From positions 6,848,001-6,912,000 of the forward strand of contig CBDBDQ010000005.1 in NCBI GenBank assembly GCA_965203905.1: DNA of 64,000 bases, in the 5' to 3' direction. The stretch is from Spirochaetia bacterium (GTDB lineage: Bacteria > Spirochaetota > Spirochaetia > SZUA-6 > Bin103). The position numbers were made by a program, and so were the translations under genes. This document shows, piece after piece, positions 40,549 to 51,092 of this stretch. Under the pieces are notes generated by a model, which was not told the origin of the DNA, did no database searches, and saw only the letters and a program-made list of their open reading frames with translations. The stretch's first letter is position 1. Each line of letters starts with the position of its first letter.

Positions 40549-42952
40549 CTATTGCGCGACCTTGCTGCCGTCCACCTTGCGGCGTGGGTCCGCGGTCACC
40601 GCGACGTGCGCAAGTTCGGCATCGGTCGTGGGGTCGCCGGCGAGCGTGATGGTTCCGCCGTTGAGGGCCAGCGCGTCGGCCCGAATGCTAATCCCGTCCT
40701 CATCACGATCCGCCTTCTGCACCGTGTAGCTGAAGAACGCATGCCGGTCGGCCCAAGACCTGGAGTAGACCGCCTGTCGCGTCTGCGTCCCGATGGTCAG
40801 CGCCACCTGCGGACTGCCGGTCACCGTCATCGCTCGGTCGAACTCGACCAGCACCTCGATGGTCTCCCCGAGTTCGTAGGTGTCATCACGCGCTGAAGAG
40901 GAGACGAAGTAAATGCCCCTCACACCCGGTGGCGTGACCAGGCTGCCATCCACCTTGCTGCCGCGCTGGGCCGCTACCGCATCGTGCCTCAGATCTGCGG
41001 CGGTGGTGCCGTCGGCGGCCGTGATCGTGCCGCCATCGAGGGACAGCGCGTCGGCCGCGATGCTGATTCCGTCCTCATCGCGATCCCCCTCTTGCACGGT
41101 GTATTCGAAGTACAGAGTCTGATTGCCCCAGCCGCGGAGAGCCGCATACCGCGTCTCCGTCCCGATGTTCAGCGCTACCTGGGGCTCGCCGGTTGTCTCC
41201 ACCGCTCCGTCGAACTCGACGACCACCTCGACCGTCTCGCCCAGCGCGTAGGTGTCACCCCGCGCTGGCGTGGAGTCGAAGGAGAGCGCCTGTACCCGCG
41301 GTGGCGTGATAACGTCGCTGCCGTCCACCTTCCCGTTACGCACGGAGGCTACCGCCGCGTGTGTCAGGACAGCGTCGGTTGTGCCGTCGGTGGCCGTGAT
41401 GGTTCCGCCGTCGAGGAGCAACGCGTTGGCCGCGATGCTGATTCCGTCCTCATCGCGGTCATCCTCCTGCACCGCATAGCTGAAGTATGCATATCGATCG
41501 TCCCCCCACGACATGGAATAGGCCGCGAGCCGCGTCTGCGCCCCGACGGTCAGCGCCACCTGGGGGGTACCGGTCACCGTCACCGTCCGGTCGAACTCGA
41601 CCTCCACCTCAACCGTCTCGCCCAGTTGGTAGGTGTCACCCCGCGCTGGAGATGAGAGGAAGAAGATGCCCCTCACCCGGGGCGGCGCGACCAAGCCGCC
41701 GTCGACCCTGTCGCCGCCCTCGGAGGCTACCGCCTCATGCGTCAGATCTGCGTGCGTCGTGCCGTCCGCGGCCGTGATGGTTCCGCCGCTGAGGGCCAAC
41801 GCGTTGGCCGGGATGCTGATCCCATCCTCGTCCCGATCACCCTCCTGCACGGTGTACTGGAAGTACAAGGAGTCACTGCTCCATCCGGAAGACATCGCGT
41901 AACGCGTCTGTGTCCCGATGGTCAGCGCCACCTCGGCATCGCCGGTTGCCTTCACCGCTCCGTCGAACTCGACCAACACCTCAACCGTCTCTCCGAGCTC
42001 GTAGGTGCCACCGCGCAACGGTGACGAGACGAAGGAAATGTCCCTCACCCGGGGTGGCGCGACATCGCGGCCGCCGTCCACCTTCCAGTCCCGCTCCGCG
42101 GCTGCCGCCACGTGCGTCAGGTCCGCGTCGGTGGTGCCGTCGACGGCGGTGATGGTGCCGCCGTTGAGGGTCAGCGCGTTCGCCGGGATGCTGATCCCAT
42201 CCTCATCCCGGTCATCGGCCTGCACCACGTAGCTGAAGGACAAGTCTCGGCCGTCTCCCCACGGGGAGTAAGCCGCCTGCCGTGTCTGCGTCCCGATGAT
42301 CAGCGTCACCTGCGGACTGCCGGTCACCGTCACGGCTTTGTCGAACTGGACATCCACCCGAATGGTCTCCCCCAGTTCGTAGGTGTCGCCCCTCGCCGGG
42401 AAGGAAACGAAGTAGACTTGCCGCACCACCGGTGGCGTGATCACGCTGCCGTTCACCTTGCGGCCGCCCTCGGCAGCTACCGGCCCGTGCGTCAGATCTG
42501 CGTCGGTCGTACCGTCCCCGGCGGTGATGGTGCCGCCGTTGAGGGTCAGCGCGTTGGCCGGGATGCTGATCCCGTCCGCGTCACGGTCCCCCGCCTGCAC
42601 GGTGTAGTCGAAGTACAGGGTCTGGCTGCCCCATCCAGAGAATGTCGCGTGCCGCGTCTCGTTCCCGATGGCCAGCGCCACCTCGGGATTGCCGGTCGCC
42701 TCCACGGCGCGGTCGAACTCCACTTCCACCTCGACCGTCTCGCCCAGTTCGTAGGTGTCGCCCCGCGCTGGGGAGTAGGCGAAGCGGACAGCACTCACCC
42801 GCGGTGGCGTAACATCGCTGCCGTTCACCTTGCTGAAGCCGGCGGCGGCCACCGCCTCGTGCGTCAAGACAGCGTCGGTCCTGCCATCGGAGGCCGTGAT
42901 GGTTCCGCCGTCGAGGCTCAGCGCGTTGGCCGGGATGCTGATCCCATCCTCG
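40549..42952 (-). pseudogene. repeat surface protein, 3' half (end of repeat 5 and repeats 6-11), IS-interrupted
   Basis: ~125-aa repeats: PP.V..F.SSPARGDTYELGE..V.VEFD..V..TG.PQVALTIG..F.YTVQ.GDRDEDGISI.ANAL.L.GGTI. Confidence 0.9.
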
Positions 42953-43080
42953 TCACGGTCGTAAACATTCGGTCTACCGGTGTGGGACCGCTGGACACAT
43001 CCGGACCGGTGTGCTACGAATGAGGTGTGGGAGGGTTCTGGCGGAAAACGAGTGGCTGCACGGCGGCGTGCCAGAGCCAG

Positions 43081-44652
43081 ATGGACGAGTTGCGGTGCGA
43101 GGTAGTAGAGCTGCGACGACAGGCGCGCTATTACCGCAGGATGCACGGCAAGGCGGTAGCGCGCGAGCAACGGCTGAAACAGAAACTGCAAGCGGCACGG
43201 GCCAAGCTCAAGGAACTGCGCCAGCGCCTGCGGGAACGCTGGGCACGGCGCCGCGGCAGCGAGAAGCGAACCAGGAGTGGCGGCGCTCCTGAGGCAACCG
43301 CCGCGCCACCGCGGCGCCGCGGTCAGCAACCCGGGGCGCCAAGCCATGGTCGGCGCCGGCACGCACACCTGCCGGTACAGGTTGAAGCACACGACGTTGC
43401 CCCGGACCGGCGCCGCTGCGCGGCCTGCGGCGCTGAGTATCATTCGCACGGCAGCGAGGATTCCGAGCAGTTGGAAGTCGAGGTGCGCGCCTACCGGCGG
43501 GTGATCAAGCGGCGGCGCTACCGCCGCAGCTGCCAGTGCACGGCGGCCGCGGCGGTGCTCACGGCGCCAGCGCCGCCACGGCTGATCCCGAACGGCATCC
43601 TGGGGATCTCGATCTGGGTGACGGTGCTGCTCGACAAGTATCTGCTGTACCGGCCCACGCATCGGTTGCTCGCGGATCTACGCACGCATGGGCTGGATCT
43701 TGCCCAAGGCACCGTCACCGACGGTCTGCGGCGTCTGGCGCCGTTGTTCGCGCCACTGCGCGAGGCGCTGATCGAACGCAGCCGCACGAGCGAGCACTGG
43801 CATGCTGACGAGACCAGCTGGCAGGTGTTCGAGGCGGCCAGCGAGGACACCTGCCAGCGCTGGTGTCTGTGGCTGTTCTGGAGTGCCGAGGTGGTGGTAT
43901 TCACGCTCGATCCAACCCGTTCGGCGCGGGTGCCGAAGCAGCATTTTGCGACCGTGACGGGGGGCGTGGTGAGCGTCGACCGCTTCTCCTCGTACAAGCG
44001 GCTGGCCAAGGATACCGAGCTGGAGTTGTCGTTCTGCTGGGTGCACATGCGCCGCGACTTCATCACGGTAGCCCATGAGCGGGACGATCAGCAGGAGTGG
44101 GCCGAGCAGTGGCTGGCTGACATCGCTACGCTGTATCGCCTGAACGACGAGCGTCTTGAGGTGCGTGGTGAGCCCGCGCAGTACGCGGCGGCCGATGCGG
44201 CGTTGCGGGCGGTGGTGCAGGCGATGGAAGAGCGACGAGAGCGCGAACTGGCGCAGCAGCCGAAGCTGGCGGCAGCGTGTGCGAAGGTGCTGCGCAGCAT
44301 GCGCAACCACTGGCAGGGGCTGACGCGGTTCGTCGAGGATCCCGACTTGCCGCTGGACAATAATCAAGCCGAGCGTGCGCTGCGCGGCCCGGTGGTGGGG
44401 CGCAAGAACTACTACGGCTCGGGGGCGCAGTGGAGCGGTGAGTTGAGCGCGGCGCTGTTCAGCCTGTTCCACACCCTCGAACGATGGCAGATCAACCCGC
44501 GTACTTGGCTGACCGAGTACCTGAGCGCCTGTGCGGTCGCCGGCGCTCGCGTGCCTGAAGACTACGAGCGGTTCCTGCCCTGGCACCGTCCCGAGGCGCG
44601 CTTGCTGCCCCGCGGCTCACCCGCCAAGCTGGTCGACGACCGTGCCGCCTGA
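43081..44652 (+). CDS. tnpC: IS66 family DDE transposase
   Basis: Coiled-coil N-terminus, CxxC zinc finger, HADET, VDRFSSY, CWVHMRRDF, DNNQAERALR. Confidence 0.93.
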   Translation: MDELRCEVVELRRQARYYRRMHGKAVAREQRLKQKLQAARAKLKELRQRLRERWARRRGSEKRTRSGGAPEATAAPPRRRGQQPGAPSHGRRRHAHLPVQVEAHDVAPDRRRCAACGAEYHSHGSEDSEQLEVEVRAYRRVIKRRRYRRSCQCTAAAAVLTAPAPPRLIPNGILGISIWVTVLLDKYLLYRPTHRLLADLRTHGLDLAQGTVTDGLRRLAPLFAPLREALIERSRTSEHWHADETSWQVFEAASEDTCQRWCLWLFWSAEVVVFTLDPTRSARVPKQHFATVTGGVVSVDRFSSYKRLAKDTELELSFCWVHMRRDFITVAHERDDQQEWAEQWLADIATLYRLNDERLEVRGEPAQYAAADAALRAVVQAMEERRERELAQQPKLAAACAKVLRSMRNHWQGLTRFVEDPDLPLDNNQAERALRGPVVGRKNYYGSGAQWSGELSAALFSLFHTLERWQINPRTWLTEYLSACAVAGARVPEDYERFLPWHRPEARLLPRGSPAKLVDDRAA

Positions 44653-45538
44653 GGCGGTGCGCTACTGCGGCCGGCCCTTCAGCGAGCAGGAGCTGCAGTT
44701 GATCCGCGCGCTCATCGCTGAGGACCCTACCCGCCATCGGTTCGCCCTCTCGAAGGTGGTGTGCGAACGGCTGCACTGGCGGCGTGCCAACGGACAACTG
44801 AAGGACATGAGCTGTCGCGTCGCGATGCTGCGCATGCACCGCGACGGGCTCATCCGGCTGCCGGCGCCGCGGCGGCGTCACTACAACGGCACGCTGCGCC
44901 GCCGTCGTACCGCGCAGGCGGAACCGGAGCTGCCGATCAGCGCCCGCGTCGATGAGCTGCCCGCGCTGCAGGTACGACCGCTGGCCGATCAGCGCGAAGC
45001 GCTCCTATGGCGCGAGTACGTGGACCGCTACCACTACCTTGGCTATACGCCGCTACCGGGTGCGCAGCAGCGCTACTTGGTCACCTGCCAGCGGCAGGTG
45101 CTGGCGGTGGTCGGCTTTGGCGCCAGCGCCTGGAAGGCGGCTCCTCGCGACCGCTTCATCGGCTGGAGCGTTGCCCAGCGCGAAGCGCGGCTGCACCTGG
45201 TGGTGAACAACGCCCGCTTCTTGATCCTGCCTTGGGTGCAGGTGTGCAATCTCGCTTCCACCGTGCTGGCGCGCATCAGCCGCCGGCTGCCCGCCGACTG
45301 GCAGGCGCGTTATGGGTACCGACCGCTGCTGCTGGAGACCTTCGTGCAGTCCGACCGCTTCGCCGGTACCAGCTACCGCGCCGCCAACTGGACCCACGTC
45401 GGACAAACCCAAGGACGCGGCAAACTCGACGTACGTCGAATGCACACGCTGCCCACCAAAGACATCTGGCTCTACCCGCTCAGGCGCGACTTCCGCCGTC
45501 GACTGTGCGCTCCTCTTGATCCGCCCCCCAACCTGTAG
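44642..45538 (+). CDS. DUF4338 (DruA-like) protein
   Basis: RYCGRPF, YHYLGY, RDRFIGWS, VVNNARFLILPWV..NLAS, LETFV..RFAGTSYRAANW..VG.T.GRG; start 44642 or 44657. Confidence 0.85.
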   Translation: MPPEAVRYCGRPFSEQELQLIRALIAEDPTRHRFALSKVVCERLHWRRANGQLKDMSCRVAMLRMHRDGLIRLPAPRRRHYNGTLRRRRTAQAEPELPISARVDELPALQVRPLADQREALLWREYVDRYHYLGYTPLPGAQQRYLVTCQRQVLAVVGFGASAWKAAPRDRFIGWSVAQREARLHLVVNNARFLILPWVQVCNLASTVLARISRRLPADWQARYGYRPLLLETFVQSDRFAGTSYRAANWTHVGQTQGRGKLDVRRMHTLPTKDIWLYPLRRDFRRRLCAPLDPPPNL

Positions 45539-45551
45539 ACCGAATACTTAC

Positions 45552-47407
45552 TCACGGTCCCCCGTCTGCACGGTGTAGTCGAAGTACAGAGTATGGCTGC
45601 TCCATCCTGAAAGTGCCGCGTGGCGCGTCCGCGTCCCGATGGTCAGCGTCAACCGGGGCTCCCCGGTTGCCTGCACCGTGGCGTCGAACTCGACGACCAC
45701 CTCGATTGTCTCACCCAGTTCGTAGGTATCACCGCGCGCCGGGGAGGAAATGAAGGAGATGCCCCTTACTCGCGGCGGCGTGACATCGCGGGTGCCGTCC
45801 ACCTTGACGGCATGCTCCGGTGCTACCTCCCCGTGCGTCAGTTCGGCGTCGGTGGTACCGTCCCCGGCCTTGATGGTGCCGCCGTTGAGGGACAGCGCGT
45901 TGGCCGGGATACTGATCCCGTCCTCGTCACGGTCACCCTCCTGCACCGTGTAGCTGAAGGGCACGTGCCGGTCGTCCCCCCACGACCTGAAGTAGGCCGC
46001 GTACCGCGTCTCGGCCCCGATGGTCAGCGCCACCTGGGGACTGCCGGTCACGGTAACCGTCTTGTCGAACTCGACGACCACTTGAACGGTTTCCCCAAGC
46101 TCGTAGATGTCGTCCCCAGCCAGCGGGGAACCGAAGTAGACACGTTTCACCGCCGGCGGCGAGTCCAGGCTGCCGTCCACTTTCCGGCCGCGGTCAGGAG
46201 CTACCGCCGCGTGCGCCAGGTCGGCATCGGTGGTGCCGTCGAGTCCCTTGATGGTTCCGCCGTCAAGGGCCAGAGCGTCGGCCGGGATGCTGACCCCGTC
46301 CTGGTCCCGGTCCGCCTCCCGCACGGTGTAAGCGAAGAACAGAGCGCGAGAACTGCCCCATCCCGAAGCGGTTGCCTGGCGCGTCTCCGTTCCGATGGTC
46401 AGCGCCAACCGTGCCTTGCCGTTTGCCGCCACTGTTCTGTCGAACCGGACCAGCACCTCGATCGTCTCTCCACGTTCGTAGGTGTCGCCCTTCGCCGTGG
46501 AGTTTACAAACGAGATGTTCTTCACCGCCGGCCGCGAGACCAGGCTGCCGTCCACCTTGTGGCCGCCCTCGGCGGCTACCGCCGGGTGAGTCAGATCGGC
46601 GTCGGTGGCACCGTCCGGTCCCTTTATGGCTCCACCGTTGAGGACCAGCGCGTTCGCAACAGTGCTGATTCCATCCTCGTCACGGTCCGCCCCCTGCACG
46701 GTGTATTGGAAGGACAGAGAGGGGTGGCTGCCCCAACCCCAGGAGGCCGCCTGCCGCGTCTCCTTCCCAATGGTCAGCGCCAACTGCGGACGGCCAGTCG
46801 GCGTCACTACTCTGTCGAACTCGACTACCACCTCAACCGACTCGCCGAGTTCGTAGGTATCTCCCTTCGCGGGGGAGGAGGTGATGGAGAGCCGCTTCAC
46901 CGCCGGTGCCGAGATCAGGCTGCCGTCTACCTTGTAGCCGGGCGCGGCCGCTACGGCCCCGTGTGTCAGATCCGCCTCGACCGTGTCGTCGGCGGCCTTG
47001 ATGGTTCCGCCGTTGAGGGTCAACGAATTGGCCGCGATGCCGATCCCGTCTTCATCACGGTCCGTCTCCTGCACGGTGTAGTCGAAGTACAGTGACGGGC
47101 CGTCCCGCGAAGCAAACCTCGCGTGCCGGGGCTGCGTCCCGATGGTAAGCGCCACCTGGGGACGGCCGGTTGCCTTCACCGCCCGGTCGAACCGTACCTC
47201 CACCTGAACTCTCTCACCGCGTTCGTAGGTGTCACCCCGGGCCGGCGAATCGTGGAACGTGATGGCAGAGACCGCGGGCACGGCGCTCTGGGCGTGAGCG
47301 ACGGTTGCTGCCGCCGCGAACACGAGCACGCAGCAGAAGCCGATCAGCCCTCGAACCGTCGTCCTGTCGGCGCACAGCGGCGCCCATCGGGTAAGGCAAG
47401 GAGTCAT
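45552..47407 (-). pseudogene. repeat surface protein, 5' half (signal peptide and repeats 1-5), IS-interrupted
   Basis: Signal-like LVFAAAATVAHA-QS followed by the same repeats; joins in frame with the 3' half once the IS and one TSD are removed; start uncertain. Confidence 0.9.
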
Positions 47408-47577
47408 GACAGACCACACTACCGCGATCCATTGCCAGTAGTCATGCTCGTAGGCGATACGATGGCGCACTCTTGCGGCTGACCGGCAGAAATCCTCTGG
47501 ACCGCCGACGTACCAGGCATGGCGAGGCCTGGCGTGGCGCCCTTCGCATTGACAACGCAGATTACGTATAGTTGAGC

Positions 47578-47898
47578 ATGCTGTTCATCGAGACCTCGGA
47601 GTTCACCAAACAGCTCCCGGCCCATCTCGATGACAACGGCTACGCGGCCCTGCAGACGTTCCTCAGCGCGCGCCCTGATGCCGGGGAAATCATTCGTGGT
47701 TCGGGCGGCATCAGGAAGATCCGCTGGGGGACAAAGGGCCGCGGTAAACGGGGTGGGAGCAGGATCATCTACTACTGGCTTGTCGCCGAAGACGAGATCT
47801 ACCTGCTCACCGTGTATCGCAAGGGAGTGAAAGACGACCTTTCGCCTGCGGAACGGGCCTTGTGGCGTAAGGTCGTGGAGGAAATAAAGCGTGGCTGA
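47578..47898 (+). CDS. RelE/HigB-family toxin
   Basis: FIETSEF, GSGGIRKIRW, GKRGGSRIIYY, LLTVY.K. Confidence 0.9.
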   Translation: MLFIETSEFTKQLPAHLDDNGYAALQTFLSARPDAGEIIRGSGGIRKIRWGTKGRGKRGGSRIIYYWLVAEDEIYLLTVYRKGVKDDLSPAERALWRKVVEEIKRG

Positions 47899-48205
47899 AC
47901 GCGACATCGCCGCGGAGGTGCTTCAGGGACTCCGTGAAGTGCAGGAGTACCGGGCCGGAAAGCGAACGCTTCGGTCGACCCGGGTCGAGGCGAAGCCCCT
48001 GCCGGGACTCACCCCTGAACTCATCAAGATGATTCGCCAGGAGATCGACGTATCCAGAGCCGTGTTCGCCGGTCTGCTGCGCGTCCCGGTACGCACCGTG
48101 GAGAGCTGGGAGCAGGGGAGATCGAGCCCATCCCCGGCCGCCGCGGCGCTCATTCTGATGGCCCGGAAATACCCGGACACCTTCGATCGGCTGGCTTCAC
48201 TCTGA
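47891..48205 (+). CDS. HigA-like HTH antitoxin
   Basis: SRAVFAGLLRVPVRTVESWEQGR; overlaps the toxin stop. Confidence 0.9.
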   Translation: MAERDIAAEVLQGLREVQEYRAGKRTLRSTRVEAKPLPGLTPELIKMIRQEIDVSRAVFAGLLRVPVRTVESWEQGRSSPSPAAAALILMARKYPDTFDRLASL

Positions 48206-48274
48206 ACCACGGCGCGCTGTCGGCGCCCACAGACGCCCACCGCACCTCTGCCCACTGAGCGTATACTGCCCGAC

Positions 48275-49831
48275 ATGCAGTTCGAGGCGGCGCTGCCGGT
48301 ACCTCTGGACGACGACCTGTGGCTGTTCCGGGACACCTGCAACGTCTACGTGGTGCGCGACGGGCCGGCCGCGATCGCGGTCGACTTCGGCAGCGGGCGT
48401 TGGCTCGAGGCGCTGCCGGCGCTGGGCATCTCGCGCCTGGAGCACGTCTTCCTGACCCATCACCACGCCGACCAGTGCCACGGCCTGCAGGCACGTCCCA
48501 CCTGGCCGTTCAGCGTGCACGCGCCCCCCGGCGAGGAAGGGTTCCTGAGTCCGATGGGGGCCGGGGAGCAAACGGCGCCCGGATTCAAGTTCGGCAAGGG
48601 CTGTCCGCCGAGTTACGACGTGCTGCCCGGCGGCGTCGCCGGGGTCGATTACGCCGCCATGGGGAGTTACCAGCAGATGTTCTGGGGCCGCCGGCGGCTG
48701 CGCTTTCTGCTCACGCCGGGCCACGGCCCGCACGCCAGCTCGGTGCTGCTCGACCACGGCGGCAGGCAGGTGGTGTTCTGCGGCGACGCGGTGCACGCGG
48801 GCGGCACGCTGTGGCAGCCGTATCACCTGGAGTGGGACCACTGGCTCGGCACGGGGGCATTGGCCGCCTGGGAGGGTATCGGCCGCCTGCGGGCGCTGCC
48901 GATCGGCCTCCTCTGTCCTGCGCACGGCCCGGTGATCGGCCAGGAGATCGCCGCCACCCTGGATACGCTGGCCGGGCGCCTGATGGCGTTCTACGAAGCC
49001 AAGGGCAACCCGTCGCCCGGAGAGCCGGACCTGTTCCTGGAGCCGAAGCACCGTGCCAGCGGCGCACGGCAGGTGCTGGACGGCCTCTACCAGTTCGGCC
49101 TGAACGGCTACCTGCTGGTGGCGGCCAACGGCGAGGCGCTGGTGATCGACCCGACGCTGCGCGACATCCCGGAGCTGGAGCGCCTCACCGCCGAGCTGGC
49201 CGCTTCCGAGGGACGAGCCGTTGCGCTCACCGCGGCAGTCGCCACCCACTACCACAGCGACCACACCGACGCGCTGCCCCTGCTGCGGGAGCGCTACGGC
49301 ACGACCGTATGGCTGCACCCGGAGGTCGCTGCGCCGTTGCGCGACGTGGAGCGGCTGGACGCGCCCTGGCTTCCCGCCGCCTCCATCGAGCCGGACCGTC
49401 TGCTCCCCGCCGACGGTGACTGGGAGTGGAACGGGTACCGCTTCCGCGTCGCGCACTGGCCCAGCCAGACCTGGTGGCACTGCCTGCTGATGACCACCGT
49501 GGCCGGCCGCCGCGTCGCCTTCAGCGGCGACTTCTTCAATCCCACCTCGCGCTACAACGGCACCGGCGGGTTCTGCGCCCACAACCGCTGCCGCTTCCGC
49601 GAGGGTTACCTCACCAGCGCGCAGACGCTGATCGACTGGGCTCCGGAAGTGATCGCCGCCGGCCACGGCCAGTACTTCGCCTACCGCGAGAGCAAGCTGC
49701 GCAAGATCATCGCCTGGGCGCGGCGCGCGGAGGACGCGGTGACCGCCCTCTGCCCCTCGGGCGAGCTGCGGGACTACTACCGCTGGAGCACCGCCGTCTC
49801 CGCGCACCGATCACGAGCCCGTCAGCGTTGA
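48275..49831 (+). CDS. tandem MBL-fold metallo-hydrolase
   Basis: THHHADQ and THYHSDH motifs; TPGH, GD, AHG/GHG. Confidence 0.87.
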   Translation: MQFEAALPVPLDDDLWLFRDTCNVYVVRDGPAAIAVDFGSGRWLEALPALGISRLEHVFLTHHHADQCHGLQARPTWPFSVHAPPGEEGFLSPMGAGEQTAPGFKFGKGCPPSYDVLPGGVAGVDYAAMGSYQQMFWGRRRLRFLLTPGHGPHASSVLLDHGGRQVVFCGDAVHAGGTLWQPYHLEWDHWLGTGALAAWEGIGRLRALPIGLLCPAHGPVIGQEIAATLDTLAGRLMAFYEAKGNPSPGEPDLFLEPKHRASGARQVLDGLYQFGLNGYLLVAANGEALVIDPTLRDIPELERLTAELAASEGRAVALTAAVATHYHSDHTDALPLLRERYGTTVWLHPEVAAPLRDVERLDAPWLPAASIEPDRLLPADGDWEWNGYRFRVAHWPSQTWWHCLLMTTVAGRRVAFSGDFFNPTSRYNGTGGFCAHNRCRFREGYLTSAQTLIDWAPEVIAAGHGQYFAYRESKLRKIIAWARRAEDAVTALCPSGELRDYYRWSTAVSAHRSRARQR

Positions 49832-49862
49832 CGCGCGCTCCACATCGGGCCAGCATGGAAGC

Positions 49863-50067
49863 ATGGAGGCCTCGATTGATACTCCAGAGTCGATGCTGAA
49901 AGAAGCATTGGAGATCACGGGAGCCAGGACGAAGCGGGAGGCTGTCGTTACTGCGGTTGCAGACTTCAACCGTCGCGCCCGGGATGGCGGCTCTGGTGCG
50001 CCATCTCGGTACCTGTGACAACCTCATCTCTGCGGCGGAGCTTGATGAGCTGCGCGGGACGCCGTGA
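49863..50067 (+). pseudogene. VapB (DUF2191-like) antitoxin, frameshifted
   Basis: IDTPESMLKEALEITGARTKREAVVTAVADFNRR, then in a shifted frame MAALVRHLG..ELDELR; followed by a GTG-ACG-CTG-GTC-GA toxin-like stub. Confidence 0.6.
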
Positions 50068-50118
50068 CGCTGGTCGAGCTTGCGCCGGAGCCAGCCTGAC
50101 CTGACGGGCGGCCAGCTC

Positions 50119-50688
50119 ATGACGCCGCAGGATCGGAAGCGGTTCCCGGCCTTCCAGGCGGTGCTTGCAAACGGTGTCCGGGCGCTGATCCGGCCGCTGC
50201 ATACCGGTGACGCCCAGATTCTGGGCGACTTCTACCTTTCGGTGCCAGCGCAGGATTACCGCTTCTACCGCAACCGACCGCTGACCCGCGAGCAGGCCGC
50301 AACCATGGCCGCCAGCGCCGACCATCCGCATCGCGTGGTGCTGGTGCTCGTGCCCACGCCCCGCCGCGGGAGCCGGCAGACTGACGACTCGATCGGCGGC
50401 TACGCCTGGTACCGGTGGGAGGATGGCACCGAGCCCAGTGTCCTCGGCATCTGCATCGGGCCCAGGTTCCAGAACCTCGGTGCCGGCACCGCGCTCATGA
50501 AGCGCCTGTTGGAGATCGCCCGCACGGTAGGCCCCCCGGTGATCAGCCTCACGGTGCAGAAGGCGAATCCGCGCGCGGTGTGGCTGTACCGGAAGATGGG
50601 ATTCCGCATCGTCCGCGAGCAGACGCGCCCGGCCAGCCACTGGTTCCCCGCCGAACCGGAGTACTACATGGAACGCCCCTTGCGGTAG
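50119..50688 (+). CDS. GNAT family N-acetyltransferase
   Basis: FQNLGAGTALM, NPRAVWLYRKMGF. Confidence 0.88.
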   Translation: MTPQDRKRFPAFQAVLANGVRALIRPLHTGDAQILGDFYLSVPAQDYRFYRNRPLTREQAATMAASADHPHRVVLVLVPTPRRGSRQTDDSIGGYAWYRWEDGTEPSVLGICIGPRFQNLGAGTALMKRLLEIARTVGPPVISLTVQKANPRAVWLYRKMGFRIVREQTRPASHWFPAEPEYYMERPLR

Positions 50689-50786
50689 CCTCGCGCCGGT
50701 GTTTCTCCCGTGGCTTGTGCGCTTCGTCACTCATACGCTACAAGTGTCAGAATTATCGTCCGCCACCTGTTGAGAGGACTCGAGCA

Positions 50787-51092
50787 GTGAGTGTACGCAG
50801 CATACGGATTACCGAGGACATCGAGGCAGCTATCCGGTATGTGGCCGAGAGGGAACACGCCGAGCAAGCTCAGTCACTGCGCAAGCTGGCCCGGCTGGGC
50901 TTTGAAGCCTACGTCGCCGGGCAGTACCGGGCAGGGGAAGTGAGCCTGCGGGAAGCCGCTGACCTCCTCGGCGTGACCTTGTGGGACGCCCTCGACCGGA
51001 TTGCCGCGTTGGGTGCGGCCGGCAACGCGACCGCCGAGGCGGTGTTGGCCGGGGTGGATACCTTGGAGGCAACGAGAAACTCGCGAAAGTGA
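50787..51092 (+). CDS. UPF0175-like antitoxin, orphan
   Basis: YRAGEVSLREAADLLGV; no intact toxin downstream. Confidence 0.7.
   Translation: MSVRSIRITEDIEAAIRYVAEREHAEQAQSLRKLARLGFEAYVAGQYRAGEVSLREAADLLGVTLWDALDRIAALGAAGNATAEAVLAGVDTLEATRNSRK

Larger units (their letters stand above)
42961..45551 (+). mobile_element. complete IS66-family element (2591 bp) carrying tnpC and a DUF4338 gene
   Basis: TIRs GTAAACATTCGGTCTACCGGT / GTAAGTATTCGGTCTACAGGT (18/21 match); 8-bp TSD TCACGGTC at 42953-42960 and 45552-45559. Confidence 0.95.

Noticed and set aside
40549-43662. 1037-aa minus-strand ORF as a real gene
   Set aside because: Its first ~234 codons are antisense to the IS66 left end and tnpC; it is a chance in-frame read into the 3' half of the interrupted gene.
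44642-45538. Complete Druantia defence system
   Set aside because: No DruE helicase or other dru genes are present, and the gene lies inside an IS.
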